A stretch of DNA of 64,000 nucleotides from Malacoraja senta. Lineage: Eukaryota. The translations under genes were made by a program, and so were the position numbers. The notes under the pieces are model-generated. The model was not told where the DNA came from, did not search any database, and saw only the letters and a program-made list of their open reading frames with translations. Positions 39,901 through 52,250 of this stretch are shown one piece after another; position 1 is the first letter of the stretch; each line of letters starts with the position of its first letter. The DNA is taken from the NCBI GenBank assembly GCA_038087875.1, contig CM075990.1, positions 14,386,001-14,450,000 of the forward strand, in the 5' to 3' direction.

Positions 39901-42900
39901 TTATTGGTATGTGTTCCCCTAAGAGAAAATCCTTGAGTTCAGAATTTAACTTTAACTATTTTGCAGACATTTCCTAAAGTTGCTGACACTGTGCACGATG
40001 CAGCGTGGTATATTTTTCTACAGTCCCTGGGAACTGCACCATCCAGAAAGGAAAGGCAGTGTGTGGCCCAGCAATTAATGCTGCTGAGCAAGGACTGTGG
40101 ATAATTTGTCTCCCGAGATGGAGACAGCAAGATTAGAAAAAAGGGAAATGTGCTGTCTTTAAAGTTTCTTTGTGATGTGGCAAAGCTATTAGTTAAGTGA
40201 AAGGCATTAGTCACGCTGTTTCAACAAAGCTGAGCATAAACTTGAGGAACAGCAACGCGTCTGCGTCTCCGTATCCTTCCGTTCTGGCCAGATGTTTAGT
40301 TCAGTTTAGTATTGAGATACAGCGCTAAACAGGCCGTTCGGCCCACCGGGTCCACGCCGACCAGCGTTCCCCGCATATTAGCACTAACGTACACACTCTA
40401 GGGACAATTTCTTTTAATATTTACCAAGCCAATTAACCTGTAAACCTGTACGTCTTTGGAGTGTTGGAGGAAACCGAAGATCTCGGAGAAAACCCACGCG
40501 GTCACGGGGAGAACGTACAAACTCCGTACAGACTGCACCCATAGTGGGGATCAAACCCGGGTCTCCGGCGCTGCAAGCGCTGTAAGGCAGCACCTCTACC
40601 GCAGCGCCACCCACGGTGATGTCGAAGCAGGAAATCCCAGCAAGAAGATGAACAGAAGATACCGTTAATGACCTGCTGGAGGGTCGTTGGCCTTAACCAT
40701 TTCTGCACAGAGGCAAAAGGTTTGTAGAGCATGAGGCTGAAACAGAAAGAAAACGAGAGGAAGCTCTGCTTTCCTCTCCGCAGATGCTGATTGACCTTCT
40801 GAGGGTTTCTTCTCCTGATTCAGATTCCCAGCATTTGCCTCTTTTTTTGCTTTTCAATCTCTGTAACTGGATTTTTCTCACTCCACAGATGCCGCTGGAC
40901 TTCCTGAGTTATCCCAGCATTCTCCTTTATTTCGGATTTCCTACAATTATTGTGCTCTGTTTCGCACAGTTCCAGCAGGCCTATTTTCTCTTTTTATTTT
41001 CCCTCCGTCTATTTAACCCTCCCCAGCTAAGCCTTCAATCCACTCAGCTGGTCAACATCAGTCTGTGCTATCTGCCTTATCTCAGTCTCTGCACTATCAC
41101 ACATATTCCATGTTCTTTCCATTCTAAAGGTTATCTTACTAGTTTAGATATGCCTTCTTTACATTTTTTTCTTATAAAGAATAATGATTGACCTGAATCT
41201 TTAACCCCAACCTCTGTCCACAGATGTTGCTGTTTCCAGCCTTTTATGGTTTTATTTCAGTTTGACCTCCCATGCCTTAAAGGCACAAATGAGTAATTGT
41301 AGTTCGACTGAATTCTTTGGCTCTTTCCCAGATGTGTTGGTTTACTTTGCAAGAACATGAGTCCAGCAAAAAGTGCTTGGTGTCTGTGTTTGCTCCAGTG
41401 ACATTATTTCAGTCCCTTAAATGATTTAATTACAAGCTGAGGCACTGAAGTTATGATCTGTGAAGATTGAACACAATTAATTTCAAAGCATGACATTTTA
41501 CTGCCCAGATAGTAGAACAGTGATGAGTTAGTTACTGTAGGTTCACATCACACTCAAGAGACTTCAACACACAAATTGTGTACTTATAGAGTGCTGCATT
41601 AAATGTGCAATCTTTTGGATGTGTGTTGAACTTGGAAGACATCTTCATGGTCCAGTGATTGTATAGAACAAGGATGTTTTTCCAGTAAGTGAAAATCAAA
41701 ACACTGCTGATTCTGAGGGTGTCTGTGACCTCAAACATTAAGTTTATTTTGGGGAGAAGGCAGGAGAATGGGGTTGAGTGGGAAAGACAGATCAGCATGG
41801 TTGAATGGCACAGTGGACTCGATGCGTCGAATGGCCAAAAGGGCCTGTCCCACTTTCACGACCTAATTCACGACCTTGTTTACTCGTGGACATTTTTCAT
41901 CATGTTGGAAAAAAAACGCCCCGACCTACTTGATGCCACGAATACCTACGACTAGCATCACAACCTACCTACGACCTCGTGACGACCATGCTGTGAGTAT
42001 GAGTCAAGAGCAAACTCAGCAGAGGTCGTGAAAGTGGGACAGGCCCTTAATTCTGCTCCCATGACTTCTGAACCTTTTAGTGCATATTTTGCACTAAACA
42101 AAGAATTGAAAAGATCTGCTTATAATTGTAAGATTCATGTGCTGGGGAAGTGTAGAATTTATTCCTTTCAAAAGAAGGCTCACAGAGAGTAATGCAGCAA
42201 ATGACTGGAAACCCTGCTGTGCCACCATTCTGTGAACCTGGAATATTCACAAAAATATTGTCAGTGTTGTTAAGTACTTGTGATGCAAAAGATACAGGTT
42301 TAGAAAGTTCTCATGCAGCAAAATGGTTGACGTTGTGAGAGTGAATTCTATCTAAATTCCAATTGAGAACCATAATCATGCCTTTCCCCGGCTTTGATTC
42401 AGGTGCAAATGTGCATTGAAGCATGTCCAGCCCCTCATGTTTCCCTTGTCAGAGATGCTACTTTTATTGAGTTGTGAAATTTTTAGAAAGGTTCAAAGGT
42501 CTTTTATTGTCACGTGTACCAACTAAGTTACAGTGATGTTCAAATGACCATACAGCCATACTAAAAAAAAAGCAACAAAACACACAACTACATAAAAGTT
42601 AACATAAACATCGAAGGCATTAAAGTCAAGTCTTCCCTCTTCATTCTCCCGCGGTCGGGGCAGTCGAACCGTCGGCAGTCGGGCGATCGAACCTCCCGCA
42701 GCTGCCGGTCGATGCTCCCGCGTCAGGGCGATCGAAGATCCCGCGTTGGGGCGGACGAAGCTCCTGCGGCTTGGAGCTCCCGAAGCCGGTCTCTAACCAG
42801 GGATGCAAGCTCCACGATGTTAAAGACCTTGGAGCTCCGAGGTCGATCCCTGGCAAAGGGATCGCGAGCTCCATGATGGTAAGTCCTGCAGGCTTCCGCA

Positions 42901-45900
42901 GTTGGAACTCCCGGTCGATCTCAGCAGAGGCCGTCAACTCCTCGATGTTAGGCCGCAGTGCGGACGGAGAATATTATACGGAAAAGAAATCGCATCTCCG
43001 TCGAAGTAAGAGATTTAAAAAAGTTACCCCCAAACCCCATCCCCCACATAAAACAAACTAAAGAACTGTAAAGCATACATTTAACACATACTATGTGATG
43101 TTACAGAGCCATGAGGAAAGTGATAGGAGTGTTAACCGTAGACACAAAGAACAAATAAGAGTTTTAAACCTGAACGTTGACTGTCCATGTTCTCCAGAGA
43201 TGGTGCCTGGCCCACTGAGTTGCTGGCCAACTACCTACTCCACCATTTTGTACATATTTAGGAATATTGACTGCCTTTTTTCTGCTTGTGTTTGCGCGGT
43301 AGTGAATTGAGATGTTTTATCCCTGTACACAGAGGCTGAGAAATTTGCACAGGTGGCAGAGATTCAATTCCAGCAAAGGATTATGGAAAAAGAAACGCAG
43401 AAGACGATTCAGAAATTGAAGGTGAGCATTTTGAAAACATTCAAAGTTTCTATTCAGAGTTTGACATAGAGATTGTTGGACCCTTATCGAGTCATAATAC
43501 CAGATCGCCAACCATTTATTGATGAATCACAAATTGTGACGTCACCCATCTTAATTAATATTTATTCATCTTTCCATCTACCTTCCCTCCCCCTGAGTGC
43601 CACATTTCAGTATCTTGTCTAGATGAGCGACAACCATTAGGGGTGCCAGCAGATGATTTGAGTACCAGATCCATTGATGACTAGTCATTCCAGAGCAATT
43701 TCTCTAAATGGTAATCACAAAATAGAAACTTTAAAAATTGTATTAAATATCTCGACTCAATGGGCAGATCTGGCAAAGCATTCTGTAGATAGACACATAA
43801 AGCTGGAGTAACTCAGCGGGATCTCAGGAGAGAAGGAATTGGTGACGTTTTGGGTCTAGACCCTGCAGACTTGGGGACGTCTCGACTGTAAACGTCACCC
43901 ATTCCTTCTCTCCTGAGATGCTGCCTGTCCAGCTGAGTTACTCCAGTTTTTGTGTCTATCTTTGGTTTTAACCAGCATCTGCAGTTCCTCAAATTTCACT
44001 GTACCAATTGGTGCATATGACAATAAATGTGAACTTGAACATCTGTAGGACCAGCATTCTGTAGGACAAGGATGCCACAAGTAAAGGCATTTTTTTGCTT
44101 ACAGGAGTTAATTTTTCCTTTACGGAGTCCAGGTTCCTTTCAAAGTCATTGCCTTGGACAGTATTAATAACTATAGTCTATAAAGATTCTGTGTCTAAAG
44201 TATTAGCATCTTGTTTTGTCTTACCAGTTCATCGATTACAATTTTCCACTACACATCCTCAGTATTTTCCTTTTTCTTCTTACTAGCGATTCTCAGCACC
44301 CATAGTAAAATAGTAGCCCTTCCACATGCATGAGTGCCCTTCTCAAAGTGGGACATTAGATTTTATTCCAGCTCAAAATACAGATTTTCATTCAGTAATG
44401 AGTTGGAGTTCGCCTCTGCTTTATCTCCGACTGTTTCCTTTATCTCCATTTTCTCTACATTACCTCCAATATAAGAAGTATTGATTTTACTCAGAAGATG
44501 ACAGCTAAATCTAATTATCAATAAGCTTCCAACCATTTAATTCTTTGCAGCTCATTTGAAAAATAATTTTTGAATCCCTGCTTTGTTTTTAAAGTAAATT
44601 ATTGGTTAATGACTCTACAAAAATGAATAATTACAACATTTATATTTTACTTGATAGGAGAAGGGAAAGCAAAATATAAATATATTAATTCTTGGTTATT
44701 TTTTCGTAACATTATATGAATTTAAGACATGTTCATAATTCCTATAGCTCTAAAACTATACATTTTGCATGATGCACCTTATTCAAAACTAAACCCCAAA
44801 GAGAGACTGACTGTTTTAAGTTATTAAGCAGCCGAATAAAATGAATCCATTTGTGTTGTGCATTGGTGAATCAATGTTTAATGAATTAATGAATCAATTC
44901 ATTCCCAGTGGTATCATTGATACAGTATATAGTGGCGACAGAATGTTGCAATCTGCCTCTCAAATTCATTCCATTCATTTAAAAGGAATCATTTTTAGTG
45001 TCGGTACTGAGAAGTGACAACTCAATGGCATATTTAGCACGAGTGGATTTAATCATTTTGTTTTGCATGTAGATCATGCTTATTTAGCAAGGGAGAAGGC
45101 TAAAGCAGATGCAGATTTCTACACTGCCGAGAAAACAGCACTCTCAAATCAGGTATGAAATTACTTAATGTCCATGGATAATTGTGAAAGTACAAACAGT
45201 AACGTGGTCTTGCTGTATAAATGCTAATAATGGTGAGGATTTTACACCCATGGTTGCAGGGAACTCAACAGTGACATTTAAATGCTATCCCGGGGCTTCC
45301 TCAGCTTTATGGACATTTTATAAATGTTTCTATTACAATTAGAACAGGTGGTTAGAGAAGATAAAGGCAGTTTTATTGATTATCAGGATTTTATTTTAAT
45401 GCTGCAGTGCTAAAATTGTGTTTACATGGTTCCATTGTTCATTTTGCATTTTGTCACCTGCTAATTTACCTGAAGAGTGTGACACAAATTTAGAGCTACA
45501 TTGCAGAAACTGCACACAATTAACTTGTTAAAAATGTCAGGCTTCCTTTATAAGCAGTATATTATCCCTGGGGCAGTTATGTACAGTCGTAAACTATATT
45601 TAAACTTGATACGAGGAAAAAGCAAGTGTGATTGCTATGCATTCTACATAATGGATATGCAATCTAAATCAACAGTGATCATTTGTTATTTAAAGGGGTA
45701 GCATTGCAAGGTCAGAAAGTATAAATTATTTCAGTTTTTTGAATGTGTATCTGTTGTGCTAAAGTAGTGAGATATTTGTTCTAAAACTATACTAAATGAA
45801 GATATTGAAAAGCATTGATGTCGGTAATACCTATTCAAAGGAAAGCAAACAGGTGAGTACTTACAACCTGTCTCCATATCAACCTGGGATGTTGATCAGG

Positions 45901-46927
45901 CTGAGCTAGTAACTTGCACCAAACCCTTAAACCCTAGTATCTTGGCCCAATTTAATTGTTGACATGCATGCCCGACCTTTGTCTATCATCTGTAGGCTCA
46001 ATATCCTTGCCTTCCTATCTGTTTAAAGTTACCACCATTGCCTTCTTTGTTTGGCCATCCATCTGTGAATCATTCTGATCTTCAAATTTGGATCTGCTGT
46101 TTCCTACTATATCTGGTACCACAGCGCATAATAATAGCAAGCTAAGGTAATATTCTTATCCAGCCCCTTTTATATTCATTGAAGTGATATGGGCTTTGCA
46201 GACTGAGCCAGCATTTAATTGCCTGTCTCTAGTTGCCCCATGGAAGGTGGTGGTGGGTTGCTGCCTTGCACTGTTGTAGTACTTGAGGTGTGGTTAAACC
46301 CACAATACATTTCTAGTTTGTTTAACTAACAACGTTAGCATAAAGTTCAAACTAAGGTACATTTCCATTGTCTTATCTGAATTGTGAAATTGAAGATCTC
46401 TTTACTAAACATTTTGATTTGGAATCAGTTAGATACTTGGCATGTTTTTGTTATACAGTAGATGGTACCTCTATTGGCAAATGTCAGGAAAAATGCACTA
46501 CTTTAGAATTTGTGTATTATTTTACAAATATACAATTTTTTTTTTAAATGGTTAAAAAGACAAGTAATAATGGAAAGGACCTTGCTTTCTTGGCATCCAT
46601 TAAGTACATGCTACTACGTAATCAAATTCAAATATAAATTGAGCATTTCTATATTTTCCTATTGTTCATTCCTAACAGATGAAACTGACTAAAGAATATC
46701 TGGAGATGGTTAAATATCAAGCAATATCGGCAAACAGCAAGATTTATTTTGGTAGTGACATTCCCGACATGTTCGTGGATGCTAGTGTGTTTCAGCAAAA
46801 CAATGAAAAGAGGACTGATAAAAGCTCCCCCAGTACGAAAAAGAACCAGGCGATTTCTGCATCTGAAAGCACCTCAAGCGGGCAGCAAAGTGATGCAATG
46901 AAGGACTTTGAAGACAACACAACTTAG
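23941..46927 (+). CDS. ERLIN1: Erlin-1 (ER lipid raft-associated protein 1, SPFH/band 7), 11 coding exons, 357 aa after correcting a 1-nt deletion in coding exon 9
   Basis: Join 23941-24053, 29448-29529, 31201-31247, 32171-32232, 37137-37262, 37608-37681, 38092-38150, 39815-39906, 43333-43421, 45073-45152, 46679-46927; all GT-AG. MxMT start, [17 protein letters not shown] and NSKIYFGS are ERLIN1-like, and CHUK is adjacent; some residues are ERLIN2-like. Confidence 0.9.
24548..26274 (+). mobile_element. 5'-truncated Penelope-like retroelement (RT C-terminus, Cys-rich linker, GIY-YIG) with inverted 5' segment
   Basis: ORF 25377-26051 '[10 protein letters not shown]...[30 protein letters not shown]...PVAQHFN' is a PLE GIY-YIG domain; ~400-bp inverted termini; 18-bp flanking duplication. 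Confidence 0.92.
26281..26570 (+). mobile_element. CR1 LINE fragment, internally deleted
   Basis: 'YKALVRP.LE.CVQFWAP' remnant followed by a CR1 tail GAAGGGCCTGTTTCCATGCTGT. Confidence 0.75.
27690..28000 (+). mobile_element. Full-length HE1/V-SINE-type SINE
   Basis: A box TGGCACAGCGG, B box GGTTCGATCCC, core, CR1-derived tail, (CTAAA)n end. Confidence 0.88.
29448..29529 (+). CDS. ERLIN1: ERLIN1 coding exon 2 ([27 protein letters not shown])
   Basis: 82 nt, AG/GT, phases match neighbours. Confidence 0.95.
29700..29985 (+). mobile_element. CR1 LINE 3' end
   Basis: '[19 protein letters not shown]'-type remnant and tail GGCTCGAAGGGC...TTTCTATGTTTCTA. Confidence 0.8.
31201..31247 (+). CDS. ERLIN1: ERLIN1 coding exon 3 ([16 protein letters not shown])
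   Basis: 47 nt, AG/GT. Confidence 0.95.
32171..32232 (+). CDS. ERLIN1: ERLIN1 coding exon 4 ([20 protein letters not shown])
   Basis: 62 nt, AG/GT. Confidence 0.95.
34865..35016. repeat. 38-bp minisatellite, 4 copies, inside a GC-rich probable DNA-transposon remnant (~34700-35286)
   Basis: Unit GGCCGTGGCAGTGCGCATGTGCAGGGGGAGGATGTGCA at 34865, 34903, 34941 and 34979; hAT-like end ...TTTCGAGCCCTG at ~35286. Confidence 0.85.
37137..37262 (+). CDS. ERLIN1: ERLIN1 coding exon 5 ([42 protein letters not shown])
   Basis: 126 nt, AG/GT; contains the NYT glycosylation sequon. Confidence 0.95.
37608..37681 (+). CDS. ERLIN1: ERLIN1 coding exon 6 ([25 protein letters not shown])
   Basis: 74 nt, AG/GT. 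Confidence 0.95.
38092..38150 (+). CDS. ERLIN1: ERLIN1 coding exon 7 ([20 protein letters not shown])
   Basis: 59 nt, AG/GT. Confidence 0.95.
38850..39560 (+). mobile_element. Rearranged composite of HE1-type SINE pieces
   Basis: Two tRNA-like heads (~38865 and ~39035) and duplicated or inverted tail segments. Confidence 0.7.
39815..39906 (+). CDS. ERLIN1: ERLIN1 coding exon 8 ([30 protein letters not shown])
   Basis: 92 nt, AG/GT. Confidence 0.95.
40296..40617 (-). mobile_element. Full-length HE1/V-SINE-type SINE
   Basis: Close reverse complement of 27690-28000. Confidence 0.88.
41840..42047. mobile_element. PIF/Harbinger-type MITE inserted in a CR1 tail
   Basis: 25-bp perfect TIRs AGGGCCTGTCCCACTTTCACGACCT (41840-41864 and 42023-42047); inserted at the TAA of the CR1 tail GAATGGCC-TAA-TTCTGC (right flank TAA, left AAA). 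Confidence 0.85.
42490..43095. mobile_element. GC-rich interspersed repeat related to 1-590
   Basis: Shared motifs with 1-590; LINE-like end TTTTATTGTCACGTGTACC; internal short tandem duplications. Confidence 0.55.
43333..43421 (+). CDS. ERLIN1: ERLIN1 coding exon 9 ([26 protein letters not shown][S]EIE); 89 nt, one base short
   Basis: AG/GT; the conserved ISEIE|D frame needs ATTTCA but the sequence reads ATTCA at 43407-43411. Confidence 0.9.
45073..45152 (+). CDS. ERLIN1: ERLIN1 coding exon 10 ([27 protein letters not shown])
   Basis: 80 nt, AG/GT, phase-1 start. Confidence 0.95.
46679..46927 (+). CDS. ERLIN1: ERLIN1 last coding exon ([34 protein letters not shown]...DNTT*)
   Basis: Acceptor AG ends 46678; stop TAG 46925-46927. 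Confidence 0.95.
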   Translation: MKLTKEYLEMVKYQAISANSKIYFGSDIPDMFVDASVFQQNNEKRTDKSSPSTKKNQAISASESTSSGQQSDAMKDFEDNTT

Positions 46928-48600
46928 ACTGGGTGCAGAGGAAGGCACTGTTAAATATTACAGAATGCTCATTATACAACACTGGATTATGTTGGAGTTG
47001 ATTCTAGCATGACCTCCATCAGATTAGGTGCTGAATTATACTACAGAAAATTTGGTGGCTTTATATAACAATTTCTGCGATCGTAACAAGATGACATTTT
47101 GACATGGTGGTAATGACTAAAACTGGTTATGCTCAGTTGCAGAACCTTATACCATGTCAAAAGCTGCTTTTTATACGAATAGATGTAGCACCTAACTGAA
47201 TATCTGAAAGTTGGCTATGGCGTTCTGTGTATTTACCAATACATGTAATGGGGATTGCTTTCTGTAATAGTATGGATGTCACAGCATATTACAATTGGAA
47301 CACCCTACCGGCAGTAAATGCTTCAATTGAGCATTTTTCTGTTTTGATTTTGGTTATGATGAAATGAACAGGAATATGATTGACAACTGTGAACAAACCT
47401 TTTTTTAAACGGACAAGCTATAATACTTTTGAAAATAGATCAGTGGAATAGGGAAATATATTTTAGAATTTATCAAGACACCTTTGTATTTAAACAATAT
47501 TAATTGATGCCATGCTTTTATAATGGCAGCTGTGCTCAGTGACCATGGGTATCATTGGAAGGACATTTGCCTCCTGTTGATCAAAGTGCAAAGGCAAGTT
47601 AGGGTAATTTTGGTGAAAAGTGTTTATTTCTTTTGAAGCTGTATCATTGCCACTTGGTGTTGTTTGGCTTCTGACACTGGTAGTGTTGGAAACTATATTG
47701 GAGTCGCCTTCTTTTAGTGCAACATAAAACAAGCAGGACATTTTGTTTCCAATTGATGAAACATTTTTCACACTGACTAGAAATTATCTATTGCAAGAAT
47801 ACAAACCGTTTTGAAGACTTGTATGCACCAACTCGGGTCCCTTGAGCGTTAAAATGCACACTAATTGTGGAGGAGAAAAGGAGCCAATATCAATCATTGT
47901 CCCTTGGTATTATTTGGGCCGTTCAAGAATGATGCTAAATTCTATGTGATGGCACAGAATTGGTTATGTTCTATTAATAGCTTTATTTAGAATGAGCTTA
48001 CCATTAATAAATTACTCGATTGGTAATATAAAGCAAGCCAGTTTACGATAGCAGGCATTTGATAAACATTATTTTACATGCAAAGAGGTCTATTCTAATA
48101 TCTGGGCAATTGGTATATGCAGATACTAATCTTTATTTTTGATAATTCATCATACAGTTAAGCATTTTGCATCATGCCATGTAAAGCTTTTGTGGAGTTC
48201 TAGCTTTTTATATGCAACATTTGTATTGATTGGATGCTGATTGCCATCTCCCATGCAGACTTCTGGTTTTAATGTGAAAATTGAATATTGGTTGCAGTAT
48301 TTCAATCATTTCTCATTGTATAAAGCAGTGCCTGTCTGAAATGATGGCACCAAAAAAAAGTGTTTTTGTTCTACGAAAGAACACATGTATCTAAATAGTT
48401 AACTCGGATTTAATTTTCACTTCCATTGAATTTGTGGGAATAGGGTTTTTCCAGATCTGTCTTGGCATAGAATATACAAATGCAGATATGTATTTCAAAT
48501 TGCTCTTTCTGTTGTAGACACTATAAAATAGTTTGTACCTCTGTCATTCCAAATTTCTGATGTTTTACCTGAATTAAAATGCTTACTAATTCATTTTTTA
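46928..48600 (+). other. ERLIN1: Probable ERLIN1 3' UTR
   Basis: Repeat-free stretch; AATAAA 48006-48011 and ATTAAA 48573-48578. Confidence 0.55.
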
Positions 48601-49872
48601 CTGCATTTGAGAAATGACGATAATCTCAAGAATTCAAGTTTACATTTTTTTTTGTGAAATATTCTTTACAAGGTATATATGCAACATGTGGTGTATTTGC
48701 TTTGAATGATAAGTTGGGATTTAATTTTGCTTGTAAAGAAATTTGCCAATTCATATATCTGGTGAAAGGGGTTTTGAACATACAATGAATTTAAATCGGC
48801 TGTGTCTAAAGCTAATTTTGTGAAGCCAATCTAATAAGAAAAAAAGAGTTTACTCCAAGATCTCACATAAGTAAACTTATTTTGATATCAAATTGTCTTG
48901 ACTTATTATTGGAAAGATAATAGTTGCTTAAAAACATAAGAAATAGCACAGAATTGAGCATGATTGCTGATGATCTCCCAAAACATCACCATCCTACACG
49001 AGCCCAATATAAAACATAGGACAGTATAGCACAGGAACAGACCCATCATCTAACGATGTCGGTGCCAAACATTATGCTAAATTAAACTAATCCATTCTAC
49101 TGGCACAGAATCAATGTCCCTCAAATCCCTGCAGATTCGCATGTCTATCTGAAATGCTGTTAAACGACACTATTATATCTGCTTCCACCATTATCCCTGA
49201 GTGTTTCCAGCACCTAACACTCTCTGTGTAAAAAGAGCCCCACACATCTTTGCACTTGCCCCCCCCCCCCCCCCCCCCCTCTCACATTAAAACTATTTCC
49301 TGTAGTATTTTGCATTTCTTTCCAGGGGGAAAAGATGCAAGCCTTTCTATGCCTCTCTTAGAAACAATCCAATTTTGTCCAATATTTCCTGAGATCTAAT
49401 ACCGTCTAATCCAGGCAGTGTCCTGGTAAATTTCTTCTGCATCCTCTCTAAATCTTCCAATCCTTCATGTGATCACTCATCCTAGCTTGAGTTCTTTCCT
49501 GCTTTATGTTCCTGTTCCTCAAAGCCTTGTTTGATTTCATCTTCCACAACCTTACAGATGCTTCCTTTTCTGCAAAAAATGTAAAACATCTCATGTTATC
49601 TAATGTTTCCTTATCTCGCCAGCCTAACTGGCACATGTTTGTCCTGACCTCTGATCACCTGGTCTTGAAATGACTCCCACATGTCAGATGTGGACTTAAT
49701 AAATAATAGCTGTTCTTAATTTACTCTCTGTAGCTCATGTCTTGTAAAATTGTATTTTGCTTGCTCCAGACTCATCTTTATTCATAACCACCTTCAACCT
49801 TAAGGAGTTGTGATCTTGTTCCCAAAATGTTCTCCCAGACTTTTCAGGTTTAACACCTAGCCAGGTTTATTT

Positions 49873-50172
49873 TTAGTTTAGTTTAGAGATACAGCGAGGA
49901 AATATTGAGTCCGCACCCGCCAGCGAACCTCGCACATTAACACTATCCTACACACACTAGGGACAATTTACACACACCAAGCCAATTAACCATTAACGTA
50001 CATACCTGCATGTATTTGGAGTGTTGGAGGAAACAACCTCGAAAAAAAACCACACGGTCACGGGTAGAATATACAAGCTCCGTGCAATAGCGCCTGCAGT
50101 CGGGATCGAATCCGGGTCTCTGGCGCGGCAAGCGCTGTAAGGCACCAACTCTACCGCTGCGCCACCGTGCTG
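49873..50172 (-). mobile_element. HE1/V-SINE-type SINE
   Basis: Reverse complement of the SINE consensus seen at 27690. Confidence 0.85.
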
Positions 50173-50977
50173 CGGTTCTCCCAATATAAGATCTAGCATG
50201 GTCCCTCTTTGTTGGCTTATCCACATACTATTTAAAGATACGTCTAACTTGTTTTACCCCGTCTAAGACTCTTGCACTCTTCTGTTGATGATAAGGTAGC
50301 CTATAATATAATCGCACCAGAGTGATTGTGCCTTTCTTAATATATGAAACTGCCCATATTGCCTGTGGATGATCCCTCCAGTATATCCTCTCTGAGTGCC
50401 ACCATGACACGCTCCCTGTTTAGTAATGCAACTGTTCTGACTTTTACCTCTCTATCACATATGAAACATCAACGCCATGGAACACTTTTTTAGAGAGTGG
50501 AAACAGGCCTTTTGCCACCTGATTTCACACCATCGATCGCCTGTTCACACTAATTATCTGTTATCTCACTATTACACCCACTTGGGGCAATTTACAGAGG
50601 CCAATTAACCTACAAACCCAAAAGTCTTTGGGATGTGGGAGGTAACCTACGTGGTCACAGAGTAAAAGAGCAAACTCCACACAGACAGCACCAACGGTGA
50701 GATATAACTCGGGTTTCTGGCGATGTGAGACCGCAGAACTATCAGCAGCCAGTCCTGCCCCTCTTGCAACCAAGTCTCTGTAATGGCCACAACATCACAG
50801 TTCCATACACTGATCTACGCCTAGTTGCCTTAATTTTTTTTTTTATCGTATCAATCCCTGGCCTGGATATATTCAGACACTCAACCTTCATTGCATCCAA
50901 TGGCATCAAATTCCCAAAATTCCCCAGGTGGAGAAATTTCAGTTGTGTGGAAACACACACAGGGATAGAGCGTTGGG

Positions 50978-51490
50978 TAGGGTTGCCAACTTTCTCTCTC
51001 CCAAATAAGGGACAACAGGTCAAAATAAGGGACAAATTCCCGACAGCAATTCGTTGACTGACTCGGCTGTGGTTGGGTGAATGATGAGTTGGCTCGGGTG
51101 CTGGACTGCACACAAAGCCCAGCCGGCGGGCCAGCTGAGGAGTTTTGCCCCGGGCGTGACGTCGCGTGCAAAATCCGGCACCCCATCCAACTCATGAACC
51201 GATGATAGGCCATGAGAAGGAGGGGCGGTGGTATCTACGGTGAAAGGTCAGATAGCTGGCCGGGCTGCCAACCGACGGGGCCATGGGCGAGGAGCTGCTG
51301 CTGCACTCCATGGGCTGCACTACGTCGGGACGGGTGAGGCGGGGCCGGACGCAGCGCCCCGACCCGACAGTCCCCTCGTCCCAAGTAGTAGCAGTCAAAT
51401 ACTGGACAAGGGCGGGCCCGTATATGGGACAAACCAATTTAGCCCAATATACGGGATGTCCCAGCTAATACGGGACAGTTGGCAACCCTA
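50978..51490. mobile_element. hAT-type non-autonomous DNA transposon (MITE)
   Basis: 14-bp TIRs TAGGGTTGCCAACT / AGTTGGCAACCCTA, subterminal GGGAC repeats, GC-rich interior; no clean 8-bp TSD visible. Confidence 0.8.
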
Positions 51491-51937
51491 ATAGAGCAGG
51501 TGGAAACTGAACCGGTGAATGAATGGGAATATGAAAATGGAACCAGAGCAGTGGTCTGACAGGAAGGTAATAAAATAGATGTCTTCATCTCATCTGTTGC
51601 AGGCGAGTGCACATTCTGAAAGCCTCAGGATGTAAACCAAGTTCTGGTGTCATTGTGGGAACTGATTCTAATTAACTAGTCTTTATTTAGAATGTTGTAG
51701 TCAGCATTACCTTAATTGCTGCCAGACTTTGGTGCTTTGCAGGACTTGAAAGCAGGATAAGTGCATTGTAGGTGTGAGTTTTTATCTCTTGCATTGTGAC
51801 TGCTTTGCTAACAGGGTGCGAGAAAGCGCTGCTTGAAAAAGTCTGCTAAAGAGGGAACCAACTTTGTTTAAGTATTAAAACTAAAATGGAATAAATTCCA
51901 TCTGGGAGTTGGTTAGGAGCAAGTCCAACATGTTGAT

Positions 51938-52250
51938 CTCCCAGTTGCTAAACACTCCCCCTCCCATTCCCATACTGACCTTTCTGTCCTGAGCCTCCTC
52001 CACTGTCAGAGTGAGGCCCAACTCAAATAGGAACAGCACCTCGTACGCTGCATGGGCAGCTTACAGCACAGTGGTATGAATATTTATTTCTCTAACTTCA
52101 AGTAACCCTTTCACACCCTTCCATATCTCTAGTCTTCCTCATCCCTGACTCTCAGTCCGAAGAAGGGTCTCGACCCGAAACGTCACTCATTCCTTCTCTC
52201 CAGAGATGTGTCCCTGCCCCGCTGAGTTACTCCAGCATTTTGTGTCCATA
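51938..52250 (+). mobile_element. Older Penelope-like 3' fragment (GIY-YIG end plus terminal repeat)
   Basis: Homologous to 25895-26274 with more divergence. Confidence 0.75.
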
